This document shows positions 1 to 9,233 of a DNA stretch of 64,000 nt, one piece after another. The notes beneath the pieces were generated by a model. The model ran no database searches and was not told the DNA's origin. It saw nothing but the letters and a program-made list of their open reading frames with translations. Each line of letters starts with the position of its first letter. Position 1 is the stretch's first letter. The stretch is from an uncultured Bacteriovoracaceae bacterium (GTDB taxonomy: Bacteria; Bdellovibrionota; Bacteriovoracia; Bacteriovoracales; Bacteriovoracaceae): assembly GCA_964012805.1 (NCBI GenBank), contig CAXGUD010000013.1:1-64000 (forward strand). The letters run 5' to 3'. The position numbers and the translations under genes were made by a program.

Positions 1-650
1 AAGGAAACCTTGATGCATCTTTTACTCTTGGAAGTGCTAGAGCAATGGGTGATGACGATGCTTCTTTAGGATCAGACATTTCAGTTGGTGCTGGAATGAA
101 GTTTGGAAAATTTGACGTTGGTGGTTCATACCACATGATTAATGCTTCAGATGTTGTCTTCCAAAATGGTGTTAATAAGGAAGGTGGAAACCTAGAAAAA
201 ATTAGTGCTATGGTCTTTGGTGCTGGTGGATCATTCGGTAACTTTAACGTTGCTGCAGACTTCATGACTAAGACACAAAATGCCTGTCTTGTTGACCACA
301 CTGGTACATGTGCAGCTGCAACATCTTTAGAGACAAAGACAACTTCAATGGGTATGCACTTATGGGCAAGCTCTGGAGTATTTAGACCTGGATTTTCTTA
401 CAGTACTGAAACTGTAAAAAATGAATGGAATAATCTTTCTGCAGAAACGAAAGTTAATGCAATGGGCGCTGGTGTAGCTTGGCATCCAAAAGAAGGTGGA
501 CCTTCTGTTAGACTCGCGTACCAAAATAAAAAGAGCAGTGGTAAAGCACCAAATAGTGGTTACACTGGTACGAGCGATGTTGGTGACAGTACCACTAACC
601 CAGAAACGAAGATTTCAATCAAGATTTCTTCAAGTGTTACTGTTCTATAA
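1..650 (+). CDS. Outer-membrane beta-barrel/porin-like protein (5' partial)
   Basis: The frame of ORF 45..650 is open back to the window edge (GNLDASFTLGSARAM...). Gly/aromatic-rich alternating beta-strands; terminator follows. Confidence 0.55.
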   Translation, partial: GNLDASFTLGSARAMGDDDASLGSDISVGAGMKFGKFDVGGSYHMINASDVVFQNGVNKEGGNLEKISAMVFGAGGSFGNFNVAADFMTKTQNACLVDHTGTCAAATSLETKTTSMGMHLWASSGVFRPGFSYSTETVKNEWNNLSAETKVNAMGAGVAWHPKEGGPSVRLAYQNKKSSGKAPNSGYTGTSDVGDSTTNPETKISIKISSSVTVL

Positions 651-675
651 GGACTGTCAAAATAAAACGAAAAGA

Positions 676-705
676 AGGGCGTGGTTCAAACCACGCCTTT
701 TTTTT
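676..705 (+). terminator. Rho-independent terminator
   Basis: GGCGTGGTT-loop-AACCACGCC stem followed by T8. Confidence 0.85.
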
Positions 706-837
706 GTCTCACTCAAGTACTCACCTTTTAAACTCAACTAGTGCCCTACTTGCTTAGTTTAGTCTAAACCAGGTTTTTCCCAACAAAGCCCTAAAGGACC
801 TTTCATGATTTTGCACTACCACCCTAGGCCTGCAAAA

Positions 838-1494
838 CTAAGGCTTATTAACGATGACTGGACGCCTTCTATTTGGATAGCAGCTTTTACAGATATAACA
901 AACCGTTCCATCACACCCCCTAGCACTACAATATTCTCTGCCATAGAAAATAAATTGTAAGTGTAGGGTATTCCACTTCTCCTCTGGAAAAAGTTTTTTC
1001 AGGTCCTTTTCTGTTTCTTTGACATTTTTACCCTTCGAAAGACCCCACCTTTGGGCCAAGCGGTGGATATGAGTATCAATTGGAAAGGCAGGAACGCCAA
1101 AAGCTTGGCTCATAACAACAGAAGCCGTCTTATGCCCTACTCCAGGCAACGCCTCCAAAGCTTGAAAACTCTTTGGAACCTCACCGTCATATTTATCAAC
1201 CAAGATTTGAGAAAGCTCTTTAATCGCTTTAGACTTTTTTGGTGAAAGGCCACAAGGTCTAATAATTTCCTTTATTTCATCTGCAGATTTTTTACTCATA
1301 TCAAATGGATTATCGGCCAAAGAAAAAAGAGAAGGTGTAACTTCATTAACGCGCTTATCCGTACATTGAGCAGATAAAAGAACGGCAACAAGAAGAGTGT
1401 ACGGGTCCTTATGATCCAAAGGTATGGGAACTTCAGGGTACAGTTTTTCAAGCTCATTCAAGACGATACCTGACCGCTCCTTTTTTGTAGGCAT
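838..1494 (-). CDS. nth: Endonuclease III (HhH-GPD glycosylase)
   Basis: LLSAQCTD, HhH LPGVGHKTA, DTH and a C-terminal Cys cluster. Start moved to MPTKK, which has a GGAG Shine-Dalgarno (SD). Confidence 0.93.
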   Translation of the reverse strand: MPTKKERSGIVLNELEKLYPEVPIPLDHKDPYTLLVAVLLSAQCTDKRVNEVTPSLFSLADNPFDMSKKSADEIKEIIRPCGLSPKKSKAIKELSQILVDKYDGEVPKSFQALEALPGVGHKTASVVMSQAFGVPAFPIDTHIHRLAQRWGLSKGKNVKETEKDLKKLFPEEKWNTLHLQFIFYGREYCSARGCDGTVCYICKSCYPNRRRPVIVNKP

Positions 1495-1582
1495 TATCAA
1501 AGGCTCCTTGAGAAAGTTTAAATTCACTTCTTATCTATCTTGGGCAAATCTTTCCTTCAAGAAAAATAAAAGATTTCAAACT

Positions 1583-1609
1583 TAAAGTTCCTTCTAAAGA
1601 CCCCGAAAG
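1583..1609 (+). promoter_or_regulatory. Putative sigma28 (FliA) promoter
   Basis: TAAA-N15-CCCGAAAG, the same pattern as upstream of both flagellins and fliS. Confidence 0.55.
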
Positions 1610-1674
1610 TGTAGTGACACGAAAATTAAAACACACCGCGTTCTAGGAAGGAACCGATTCGAAGGAGCCGGTTC

Positions 1675-2331
1675 ATGGATTTTTTTAAAAAGTTCATTAC
1701 AAAAAAAGATAAAAATCAAAAGCAAGAAAGTCCTAAAAAAGACGATTTAAAAATCGGAGAAAAAACCAAGCAGTCTCTTAAGAGCTTGAAAAACACTCAA
1801 GAAAAATACATCGAAGAGGCCTGTTTCTATATGATTCAAGAAAGTGGTGTAGAAAAAGGTATTGGTTTACTTAAAAAAAGGCTCTTGGAAGTTGAAGGAA
1901 ACCATAACCACTCTTCGGTAAGCACAATCGATACCTCATCGAAAGAAAATTTTGAAAGAATCAACTATACTCTTCAAAAGAAAATTGAGAAATTCCTTTT
2001 CAATGAAAAAAGAGGTGAAAAGATTCCTCTCATAAGGCAGTTTCTTTTAGAAATAAAAGCGGTAGGGAAATCGCCCTCCTCACTAGACGAAAAAGAAAGC
2101 ATTAGAGAAATTATTAACCTTTTTGAAAAGACAAAAGAAAAGTTTAATGATGAAAGAGCAAAGTGCTTAACTCTCGCCAACCAAATGGAAAAACTACAAG
2201 AAATAAGAGGTGAGAGTGAAATGGCCGCTCAGCCTAAAATTGATCATCAACTCCTAGAAGGCCAGGTAGAAAAAATAGTCGATTGCCAAACTATGCCAAC
2301 AGGCCAAGAGCTTGAGCGGCTTCTTAGTTAA
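1675..2331 (+). CDS. Hypothetical helical/coiled-coil protein
   Basis: 218-aa ORF with AAGGAG SD; no recognisable motif. Confidence 0.7.
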   Translation: MDFFKKFITKKDKNQKQESPKKDDLKIGEKTKQSLKSLKNTQEKYIEEACFYMIQESGVEKGIGLLKKRLLEVEGNHNHSSVSTIDTSSKENFERINYTLQKKIEKFLFNEKRGEKIPLIRQFLLEIKAVGKSPSSLDEKESIREIINLFEKTKEKFNDERAKCLTLANQMEKLQEIRGESEMAAQPKIDHQLLEGQVEKIVDCQTMPTGQELERLLS

Positions 2332-2648
2332 TAAATATTCGCTTCAGTTTTTGGGCCTTCCCCAACTTTAGCGATGGCCTGACCCATATAAGTCGTTATT
2401 AAATGACAAAAAGACCCATCCGGCTGAGAAATTGTAGTAAAAGGTGTGGGTCTTTTAGACTTTGGGTCTGAGATAATATCTATAATAACCCTCTTTTTTT
2501 GACCGATGGCCTGACCACAAATTTCGGCAGTCATATTTTTTTGATTATCACTTATACGGCTAAAACTGTTGATTTTTACAGTCTTCGCCTCTTCACCAAA
2601 GACCGATCCTGAAATACTAAGAAAAGCAAGAAAAACTAACTTTTTCAC
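2328..2648 (-). CDS. Small secreted hypothetical protein
   Basis: GGAGG SD with GTG start; Sec signal MKKLVFLAFLSISGSVFG; two Cys. Confidence 0.75.
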   Translation of the reverse strand: MKKLVFLAFLSISGSVFGEEAKTVKINSFSRISDNQKNMTAEICGQAIGQKKRVIIDIISDPKSKRPTPFTTISQPDGSFCHLITTYMGQAIAKVGEGPKTEANIY

Positions 2649-2677
2649 TTTATCCTCCTTGATATTAAGTGGTTTAA

Positions 2678-5068
2678 TTAGGTTTTTCTATATTGAAACA
2701 AACATCTGTAGAGTTCGTCCACAAGATCTCTTTGAAATACTATTCTTTTCTGAAAAGAATCCCATTCCACCTTTTCTTTTAAATAGGAAATGATGGGAGA
2801 TATTTTTTTATTATAATTCTCTTCAACTTTTTCTCTTTTATTACTAAATCTCCTTACGATCCTATTCTTTTGAAATTTATAGTAGGGAGCAAACATATCC
2901 TTTTCACTACCCACCAACTGTAGCTTTACCTTTTTATCATTTTCCAACTTTTTAAGCATTGCTCTCTTACTTGAGTATATTTTAAAATAATTACCAATAG
3001 AGCCCTGTATTTTTGGCAATTCACTTCTTTTTACGTTTTCTTTATTAATAGAAAGCTTGAAAAATTTTTGATTTTTTAAACTGCCGATAACCCTTCGCAT
3101 AACTTCTTTTTCATGATCTGAACTCCAGCTACCTTGGTTAAAAAGTTTCATCCAAGTCGACCTATTCCATCTCACCCTTATTCGCTTTTCAAATGGTTCA
3201 TCTAAAACAAAAAGTAAAGGTTGATCGACCTCTTCAAAATAAACTTCATTTAACTTATCTTTGGGAATACGACTATTAAAGAGTATCATTCTTCTCAGCA
3301 TTAATTGCAGCTGATCAATAAACAAATTGAAATCTTTCGTTTTGTATGAAAGAACAAAAAGAATCCTCTGAGCAAGAACATCAAAATTACTTTTTTCCCT
3401 TTGATAGTAGAGCCCTCTTTCCTTGGCCTGATTAAAATCACCTCTTTGATAAGCTGTAAGGCTTTTCAAAAAATCAAGGTGGATCCAACTTTTAATCGAC
3501 TTTTCAAGCTGAGCAGTGGTTTTTGTTAGTCCATCCCAGCGCTGCCATGAGACTTGAAAGTTAGAGAGCGTATGAAGAAGATATGGACTCTTAATTTTTT
3601 CTACTTCCTTTTCAATAGCAAGGAGATCGTCCCCTTTCTTGGCAGTTTTCACTAGCTGAACCTCTTTATGAAGAGGGGGAAAGAATTTAAGGCCGCAATA
3701 TAAAGAGAGAATAAAAATTGGTAATGCAAAAGCCAAGGACCAATCTTTTTTTTCAGCTTTCTGACTGCAACCTTGATAGAAGGAAAAAACAAAGGCCAAC
3801 ATTGTGAATAAGGGTAAGCGGACTGCCAACATTCTTGGCGCCATAGAAAAACTGGCGTGAATAAAATACCCCAAAAAAGCAAAGAGGAGAGCAGCTCCTA
3901 TTACCTGCTCTTTTTTGTTTTTTTCATTTCTCATTGAGTTTAAAAGAATTGAGAAAATCAAAATCCAAAAACCTAGTTTAATAGTTAGCCCCAGCAGACC
4001 TCCTTCCTGAAGAGTCTCTAAAACCTCAGAATGAGCATGAGAAACATGTTTTCCTGACTTTGAGTAAGTCCTCCAGTCAGGTCGCCGATGCTCAAAAAAG
4101 AGCTGATAACTTGTACCAGGTCCATGACCTAAGAAAGGGGACTTTTCAATAGAATTAAGAGTGGCCTTATACACATTAAGACGAGGACCCCACCCTTTTG
4201 AAGTAGTTAACTCCAAAAAGCGGGATTGACTACTCAAATCACTTCCTTTGACAAAATAAAAACTTAAGATAAGAAAACAAATGCTAAAGCAAATCAATGC
4301 GATCTTCTTTAAAGACACTTCTCTCTCTCGCCATAACCAGTAAAGAATACTAGAAAACAGGGAGACTCCATAAGCAACCAGTCCTGCTCGTGACCCGGTA
4401 AAAAATATTCCAGCGCTGCCCAAAGTGACTACGCATAGGAGAAACTTTCGAGAAAAGAGAGTCTGCTCTTTGTCTTTTGAAAGTTGCGAGGCAAAAAGGA
4501 GATTACAAAAAAAGGGAAGAATAAGGACTAGAAAACCTGCAAAAAAATTCGAGTTTCCAAAAGTTGAGTGAACTCTGTCAATGCCTAGGGATAAAAAGTT
4601 ATTTGGCTGGAGACCAAACCTTTCTAAAATAGACCAAACTGATGTAAAAATGACCGTTATCCCCACCCACTTAAATAAAGTGAGCCAATCCTCACTTCGT
4701 TTTAGTTTTTTATATAGGAAATAACACCAAAGGGCAGATGCAAGAATCGAACACAACTCAATCCAAGAAAAAAAACTAAAATAGTCCTGGTTTAGAAGCC
4801 ATCCTCCAAATGTACCAACTAGCGGCAACAAAGATATTGTTAAAACAATTAAAGGTGATAGTTTCCTTGGAGCAGGTTTTCCATTTTTAAGGAGTTCAGT
4901 ATTGGTTATTTTCTTTTCAAAAAGAGAGAAAGTAAAAAAGAGAAGAATTATAAAAAGAAAAACAAAGAGTTTAAAAAGGTTTTGGTTACGAAAAACGTAG
5001 GAGCTGGCAAGTGATGTTACCAAAAAGCCTAACCCGGATATCAATCCCCAATTTATTAGCCTGACCAC
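2678..5068 (-). CDS. O-antigen ligase / O-oligosaccharyltransferase family (Wzy_C) membrane protein with large C-terminal helical domain
   Basis: Many transmembrane (TM) segments; STFGNSNFFAG, PFLGHGPG and HAHSEVLE motifs. Confidence 0.8.
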   Translation of the reverse strand: MVRLINWGLISGLGFLVTSLASSYVFRNQNLFKLFVFLFIILLFFTFSLFEKKITNTELLKNGKPAPRKLSPLIVLTISLLPLVGTFGGWLLNQDYFSFFSWIELCSILASALWCYFLYKKLKRSEDWLTLFKWVGITVIFTSVWSILERFGLQPNNFLSLGIDRVHSTFGNSNFFAGFLVLILPFFCNLLFASQLSKDKEQTLFSRKFLLCVVTLGSAGIFFTGSRAGLVAYGVSLFSSILYWLWREREVSLKKIALICFSICFLILSFYFVKGSDLSSQSRFLELTTSKGWGPRLNVYKATLNSIEKSPFLGHGPGTSYQLFFEHRRPDWRTYSKSGKHVSHAHSEVLETLQEGGLLGLTIKLGFWILIFSILLNSMRNEKNKKEQVIGAALLFAFLGYFIHASFSMAPRMLAVRLPLFTMLAFVFSFYQGCSQKAEKKDWSLAFALPIFILSLYCGLKFFPPLHKEVQLVKTAKKGDDLLAIEKEVEKIKSPYLLHTLSNFQVSWQRWDGLTKTTAQLEKSIKSWIHLDFLKSLTAYQRGDFNQAKERGLYYQREKSNFDVLAQRILFVLSYKTKDFNLFIDQLQLMLRRMILFNSRIPKDKLNEVYFEEVDQPLLFVLDEPFEKRIRVRWNRSTWMKLFNQGSWSSDHEKEVMRRVIGSLKNQKFFKLSINKENVKRSELPKIQGSIGNYFKIYSSKRAMLKKLENDKKVKLQLVGSEKDMFAPYYKFQKNRIVRRFSNKREKVEENYNKKISPIISYLKEKVEWDSFQKRIVFQRDLVDELYRCLFQYRKT

Positions 5069-5230
5069 TTCCCCTCCTCAATAAGCGCCTGAACCTTTCA
5101 CATAGAGTGAAAAATCGTCTTCCTTTATTATATTTAGGGCATAATTAAAGCCAATGGAAAGACTTCAGTCAATCATTCAAAGACATTCTTCTATAAAAAA
5201 AAAAAAATTTATAAACAGGTAAGATTTTCC

Positions 5231-5257
5231 TCAAGGAATTTTTTTCCCCACCGAAAT
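5231..5257 (+). promoter_or_regulatory. Putative sigma28 promoter of flagellin 1
   Basis: TCAA-N15-ACCGAAAT; spacer nearly identical to that at 7303-7329. Confidence 0.7.
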
Positions 5258-5385
5258 CCCCCATAGAACATTTATCACGGATTTTGATAACAAACCTTAG
5301 AGCAGGAAGCTTGATAATTCTCACCCCACTCGGTCGAGTATTAAATTCCAGTAAGGATATTTTACATTCACTCAAGGAGGACACA

Positions 5386-6399
5386 ATGGGTCTAAGGATT
5401 GCAACCAACACGGCTGCATTGGCCGCACAAAGGTCTATGAGCCAAAACTCAGTCAGACAAAACGATGCACTAGCTAAACTCTCTTCAGGAAGTAGAATTA
5501 ACAAAGCCGCTGATGATGCTGCCGGGCTCGCGATGAGTGAAAAATTGAAGGCAAACATCAAAGGTGGAATACAAGCAACGAGAAATGCTAATGATGGTAT
5601 TTCCATGCTTCAAACAGCTGAAGGTGGTTTAAACGAAGTTTCTCGAGTACTTATCCGTCTTAGAGAACTAGCTGTTCAATCATCTTCCGACACCGTCGGA
5701 GATAAGGAAAGAGAGTTTGCCAACCTCGAATTCCAAAACATGAAAAAAGAAATCGAAAGAATTTCGCAAGTTACAGAGTTCAACGGCTCGAAGCTTTTGA
5801 ATGGTGAAGGACTTAATGGAACTGGAGACTCTTATGATATTCAAGTTGGTGTCAGAAACAACCAATTTGAAGATAGAATCCAGTACAATGCCGGTATGAT
5901 TAACTCAACCCTATCGAGCCTCTTTGGCGGCGAAACGGCAAGACAAGATCAAGTCGACGCTCAGTTGGCCTTAAGGCAAAAATTAAATGATATCGATGCT
6001 CAGACTTATGGCCACGACAGGGAAAGAGTTGAATTGAGAAAGGCTGCTCAAGCTGAATATGTTGACAGTCTTCAAAATGGGGACAATATGCCATCTGAAC
6101 TTAGTGTTCAAAGTAAAGAATTGTCTCAATTAAGCTTAAGGTCTATTGATAACGCAATTCAGAGAGTTTCAAACCAAAGAGCGGAACTTGGTTCAGTTCA
6201 AAACAGACTTGGATCAGTTATTGCTAACCTCCAGGTTTCAAACGAGAACTTAAGTGCGACGAACTCTCGTATTAGAGACACTGAATACGCCGAAGTAACG
6301 GCCGAGAATGTGAAGCTTAACATTCTTAACCAAGCTAGTACATCTGTTCTTTCTCAAGCAAATGCTCAAGGACAAAGTGCACTAAGGCTTTTAGGCTAA
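5386..6399 (+). CDS. fliC: Flagellin, 337 aa, with an insertion in the variable region
   Basis: MGLRIATN...LSSGSRINKAADDAAGLA N-terminus and SRIRDTEYA...LSQAN...LLG C-terminus; AAGGAGG SD before ATG 5386. Confidence 0.96.
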   Translation: MGLRIATNTAALAAQRSMSQNSVRQNDALAKLSSGSRINKAADDAAGLAMSEKLKANIKGGIQATRNANDGISMLQTAEGGLNEVSRVLIRLRELAVQSSSDTVGDKEREFANLEFQNMKKEIERISQVTEFNGSKLLNGEGLNGTGDSYDIQVGVRNNQFEDRIQYNAGMINSTLSSLFGGETARQDQVDAQLALRQKLNDIDAQTYGHDRERVELRKAAQAEYVDSLQNGDNMPSELSVQSKELSQLSLRSIDNAIQRVSNQRAELGSVQNRLGSVIANLQVSNENLSATNSRIRDTEYAEVTAENVKLNILNQASTSVLSQANAQGQSALRLLG

Positions 6400-6421
6400 T
6401 TACAAAAAAGTTAGAATCTAT

Positions 6422-6449
6422 AGGGGTGGGTTTCTTGCCCACCCCTTTT
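6422..6449 (+). terminator. Rho-independent terminator
   Basis: AGGGGTGGG-loop-CCCACCCCT plus T tract. Confidence 0.8.
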
Positions 6450-6548
6450 ACCCACTCCTCTGCTTGGAAAAAACTACCTTCTCACATTTTAACTCACAGC
6501 GAACTATAATGACACAAAACGATATATCTCTTCTCATGAGGTTTTTAT

Positions 6549-7220
6549 ATGAAAATTGCGAGTAATTATATTGGGATTAATCATAAAAGAGAAAAAGCAA
6601 GAGATGACTTCCAAGCTGAGCTCAAAAAACTTAAGACGAAAAAAACTGAAGAGGTTGATAAAATAAAAAATGACTATGACCAAAGGCTTAAAAACAATAT
6701 AAGGGCCAACAGAGAATGGGCCGCAACAACAGTAAAAGAAAAAGAAAAAGAATTTATTTCTGAGCTCCAAAGACAAGCAAATAGCTATAACATTGATAGA
6801 AACAACTTAATAGAAGACTTTGAAGATCAGATATCTAATATAAATAAATCTCATCAAAATACAATGAAGCAGCATGATGAAAGAACACAGTCCCTCTTAA
6901 GAGAAAATGCAGACCAACTTTCTCAAAAGTTTAATGAAAGACTTAACAGATTTAAAGAAAATGCAAGAAAAGATAAGCTTCAAGGTATAGAAGATATATA
7001 TAAAGAGTATAAAGCGGAACTTAAAAGAGGAAAAGAGATTCATAAACTTCAGCAAAGCCACGCCCAAAATATGTACCGAAATAATCTTATAGATATTCAA
7101 TCTCAAAATAGGATTCAAAGTCAAAAACAAGAGAATGCCTTACAAAATGTTGTTGAAGACGCTCGTTATGAAAGAGGGAAGCTCATTAGAGAGTATGAAA
7201 CTAAGCTTGGAGTAAGATAA
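6549..7220 (+). CDS. Hypothetical long coiled-coil protein
   Basis: 223 aa, K/E/Q/R-rich and almost free of Pro; GAGG SD. Confidence 0.75.
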   Translation: MKIASNYIGINHKREKARDDFQAELKKLKTKKTEEVDKIKNDYDQRLKNNIRANREWAATTVKEKEKEFISELQRQANSYNIDRNNLIEDFEDQISNINKSHQNTMKQHDERTQSLLRENADQLSQKFNERLNRFKENARKDKLQGIEDIYKEYKAELKRGKEIHKLQQSHAQNMYRNNLIDIQSQNRIQSQKQENALQNVVEDARYERGKLIREYETKLGVR

Positions 7221-7302
7221 AAAAGCCCGACCACTGCGATCAACTGAGCAATTCAATCACCCTCTTTATTTTGAAAAAAAAGATAAAAAAGAGATTTATT
7301 TC

Positions 7303-7329
7303 TAAAGGAAATTTTTTCCCCTCCGAACT
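7303..7329 (+). promoter_or_regulatory. Putative sigma28 promoter of flagellin 2
   Basis: TAAA-N15-TCCGAACT. Confidence 0.7.
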
Positions 7330-7468
7330 GCCTCCACAACTGCAAAAGAATTGAAGACAAAGATCGTCTTCTCAAGCAAGTAGGCTTATTGTCCCAAAAA
7401 GGGACTCGTTCCACAGATGGAATCTTACTTAAGGTTATTAACTAAGTAGATGACAAGGGGGAACAATT

Positions 7469-8311
7469 ATGGGTCTACGAATTAATACCAATGTCGCGTC
7501 TATCGCTGCACAAAAGAACCTAAGACAAACTTCAGAAAAGCAAGGTAGTGTCCTTCAAAAATTGGCCTCCGGTAACAAAATTGTTAGGGCGGCAGATGAC
7601 TCTGCTGGTTTGGCCATCAGTGAAAAAATGAAGGCACAAATCAGAGGTACTAACCAAGCGAAAAGAAACGCTGAAGATGGTGTTTCCATGGTTCAAACTG
7701 CAGAGGGTGCTTTAAATGAAGTTTCTGGAGTTTTAATCCGTTTAAGGGAACTTTCAATCCAATCTGCTTCCGACACTGTTGGTGATACCGAAAGAGAATT
7801 TATGGATTTGGAATACCAAAACTTAAAGCAAGAAGTTGAAAGAATTTCAAGGACTACTGAATTTAACGGAAAAAAGCTTCTTCAAGGCGGCGACTCAACT
7901 TATGATTTTCAAATTGGGATTAACAATATTCCTTTTGAAGATAGAATTTCTTATGATCAAAGTAAATCTAATGCTTCACTAGACAGTCTTTTTGATGGTG
8001 ACGCAGATTCTATTACTGTTGTTTCTAAAGAGTCTGCTCAAGGAACTTTAGAAAAGCTTGATAAGGCCATTCAAAATGTTTCAGGTCAAAGAGCTGTTAT
8101 GGGTTCTATCCAAAATAGGCTTGGATCTACCATTAGAAACCTAGAGGTTTCTGCAGAGAATATCTCGGCCTCTAACTCTCGTATTAGAGACACTGATTAT
8201 GCTGCAGCAACGGCAGACAACACAAGGCTCTCCATTCTTGGTAGTGCTGGTAGTGCTGTTCTTGCTCAAGCAAATGCAAATGGCCAAAATGCTCTTAGAC
8301 TCATTGGTTAA
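7469..8311 (+). CDS. fliC: Flagellin, 280 aa (short type)
   Basis: MGLRINTNVAS...AADDSAGLAISEK; C-terminal SRIRDTDYA...LAQAN. Confidence 0.96.
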   Translation: MGLRINTNVASIAAQKNLRQTSEKQGSVLQKLASGNKIVRAADDSAGLAISEKMKAQIRGTNQAKRNAEDGVSMVQTAEGALNEVSGVLIRLRELSIQSASDTVGDTEREFMDLEYQNLKQEVERISRTTEFNGKKLLQGGDSTYDFQIGINNIPFEDRISYDQSKSNASLDSLFDGDADSITVVSKESAQGTLEKLDKAIQNVSGQRAVMGSIQNRLGSTIRNLEVSAENISASNSRIRDTDYAAATADNTRLSILGSAGSAVLAQANANGQNALRLIG

Positions 8312-8338
8312 TACCTAATAGTTAATAATTAGGAAATA

Positions 8339-8378
8339 GAAAGGCTTGCCTACCTAGGCAAGCCTTTCCTTTTTTTTT
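8339..8378 (+). terminator. Rho-independent terminator
   Basis: GAAAGGCTTGCCTA/TAGGCAAGCCTTTC inverted repeat followed by T9. Confidence 0.9.
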
Positions 8379-8395
8379 ACCATTATTTTTTATAT

Positions 8396-8423
8396 TAAAG
8401 AACCAATACTCTGGCCCCGAAAA
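8396..8423 (+). promoter_or_regulatory. Putative sigma28 promoter of fliS
   Basis: TAAA-N16-CCCGAAAA. Confidence 0.55.
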
Positions 8424-8453
8424 TTACAATGACCATTTTTAAAAGGGGATAAT

Positions 8454-8858
8454 ATGGGTTATGGATTTGGGGCCTATAAAAAGACATCAATAACAACTGC
8501 TTCAAGAGAAGAAGTACTTCTTATGCTCTATAGAGGGGCCATTAAAGAAGCCAAAAAGGCCATTTCTGCTCTCGAAAAAAAGGATGTTTTAGAAAAAGCA
8601 AAACATATTGGAAAATTTCAAGATATTATTATTGAGCTTTCCGAATCACTCGACTACAGCGTAGACGAGAGGGATAACGTTACAGTTGCCCAAGATTTAG
8701 GTCGTCTCTACGATTACATATGCTCAATAGCAACTCAAGCCAGCTTTAAAATGGATCCCGAACCTATGAAAGAGTGCTTAAAACTTGTTCAAACCCTTTA
8801 TGATGGTTGGAATGAAGCCATTACCAATCTAAAAAAAGAAAATCCTCAATCCCCCTAA
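8454..8858 (+). CDS. fliS: Flagellin chaperone FliS
   Basis: AYKKTSITTAS-EEVLLMLY-GAI, LYDY and L-DGW motifs; adjacent to flagellin. Confidence 0.92.
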   Translation: MGYGFGAYKKTSITTASREEVLLMLYRGAIKEAKKAISALEKKDVLEKAKHIGKFQDIIIELSESLDYSVDERDNVTVAQDLGRLYDYICSIATQASFKMDPEPMKECLKLVQTLYDGWNEAITNLKKENPQSP

Positions 8859-8907
8859 GCTATACCTTGTTTGTAAATTCAAAGTTTATAAAAGGCAGGG
8901 AGTTAGT

Positions 8908-9228
8908 ATGAGAAAAAACAGGCTTAGACATTTGACTCTAACTTCTTTTCTTTTTTTTACCTCTATACCAAAATGTTATAGTCAAAGAGGGCTCCCCTTC
9001 TATACAACAATTGAAGTTTTGAGAGAAAAAAAATATGACTATCACCAAAAAAAAAGGTGGGTTATGCGTAACATCCTAAGCCTCGATGAAAATGAAAACG
9101 AAAATGAAAATTCGAAGTCTCATGTTATAAAACAAAACTTGCTTGAAAAAAAGTTTTCCATATATCAAGAAGACCAAAAGAAAAGAAGAGAGCTTCAACT
9201 TAAGAGATGGGAGGAGGTCCTAAAATAA
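8908..9228 (+). CDS. Hypothetical, possibly exported protein
   Basis: GGGAG SD; signal-like N-terminus. Confidence 0.55.
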   Translation: MRKNRLRHLTLTSFLFFTSIPKCYSQRGLPFYTTIEVLREKKYDYHQKKRWVMRNILSLDENENENENSKSHVIKQNLLEKKFSIYQEDQKKRRELQLKRWEEVLK

Positions 9229-9233
9229 GATCT

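Noticed and set aside
5284..5385. 34-aa N-terminal extension of flagellin 1 in the ORF track
   Set aside because: The strong SD and the conserved MGLRI start indicate ATG 5386; this region is a 5' UTR.
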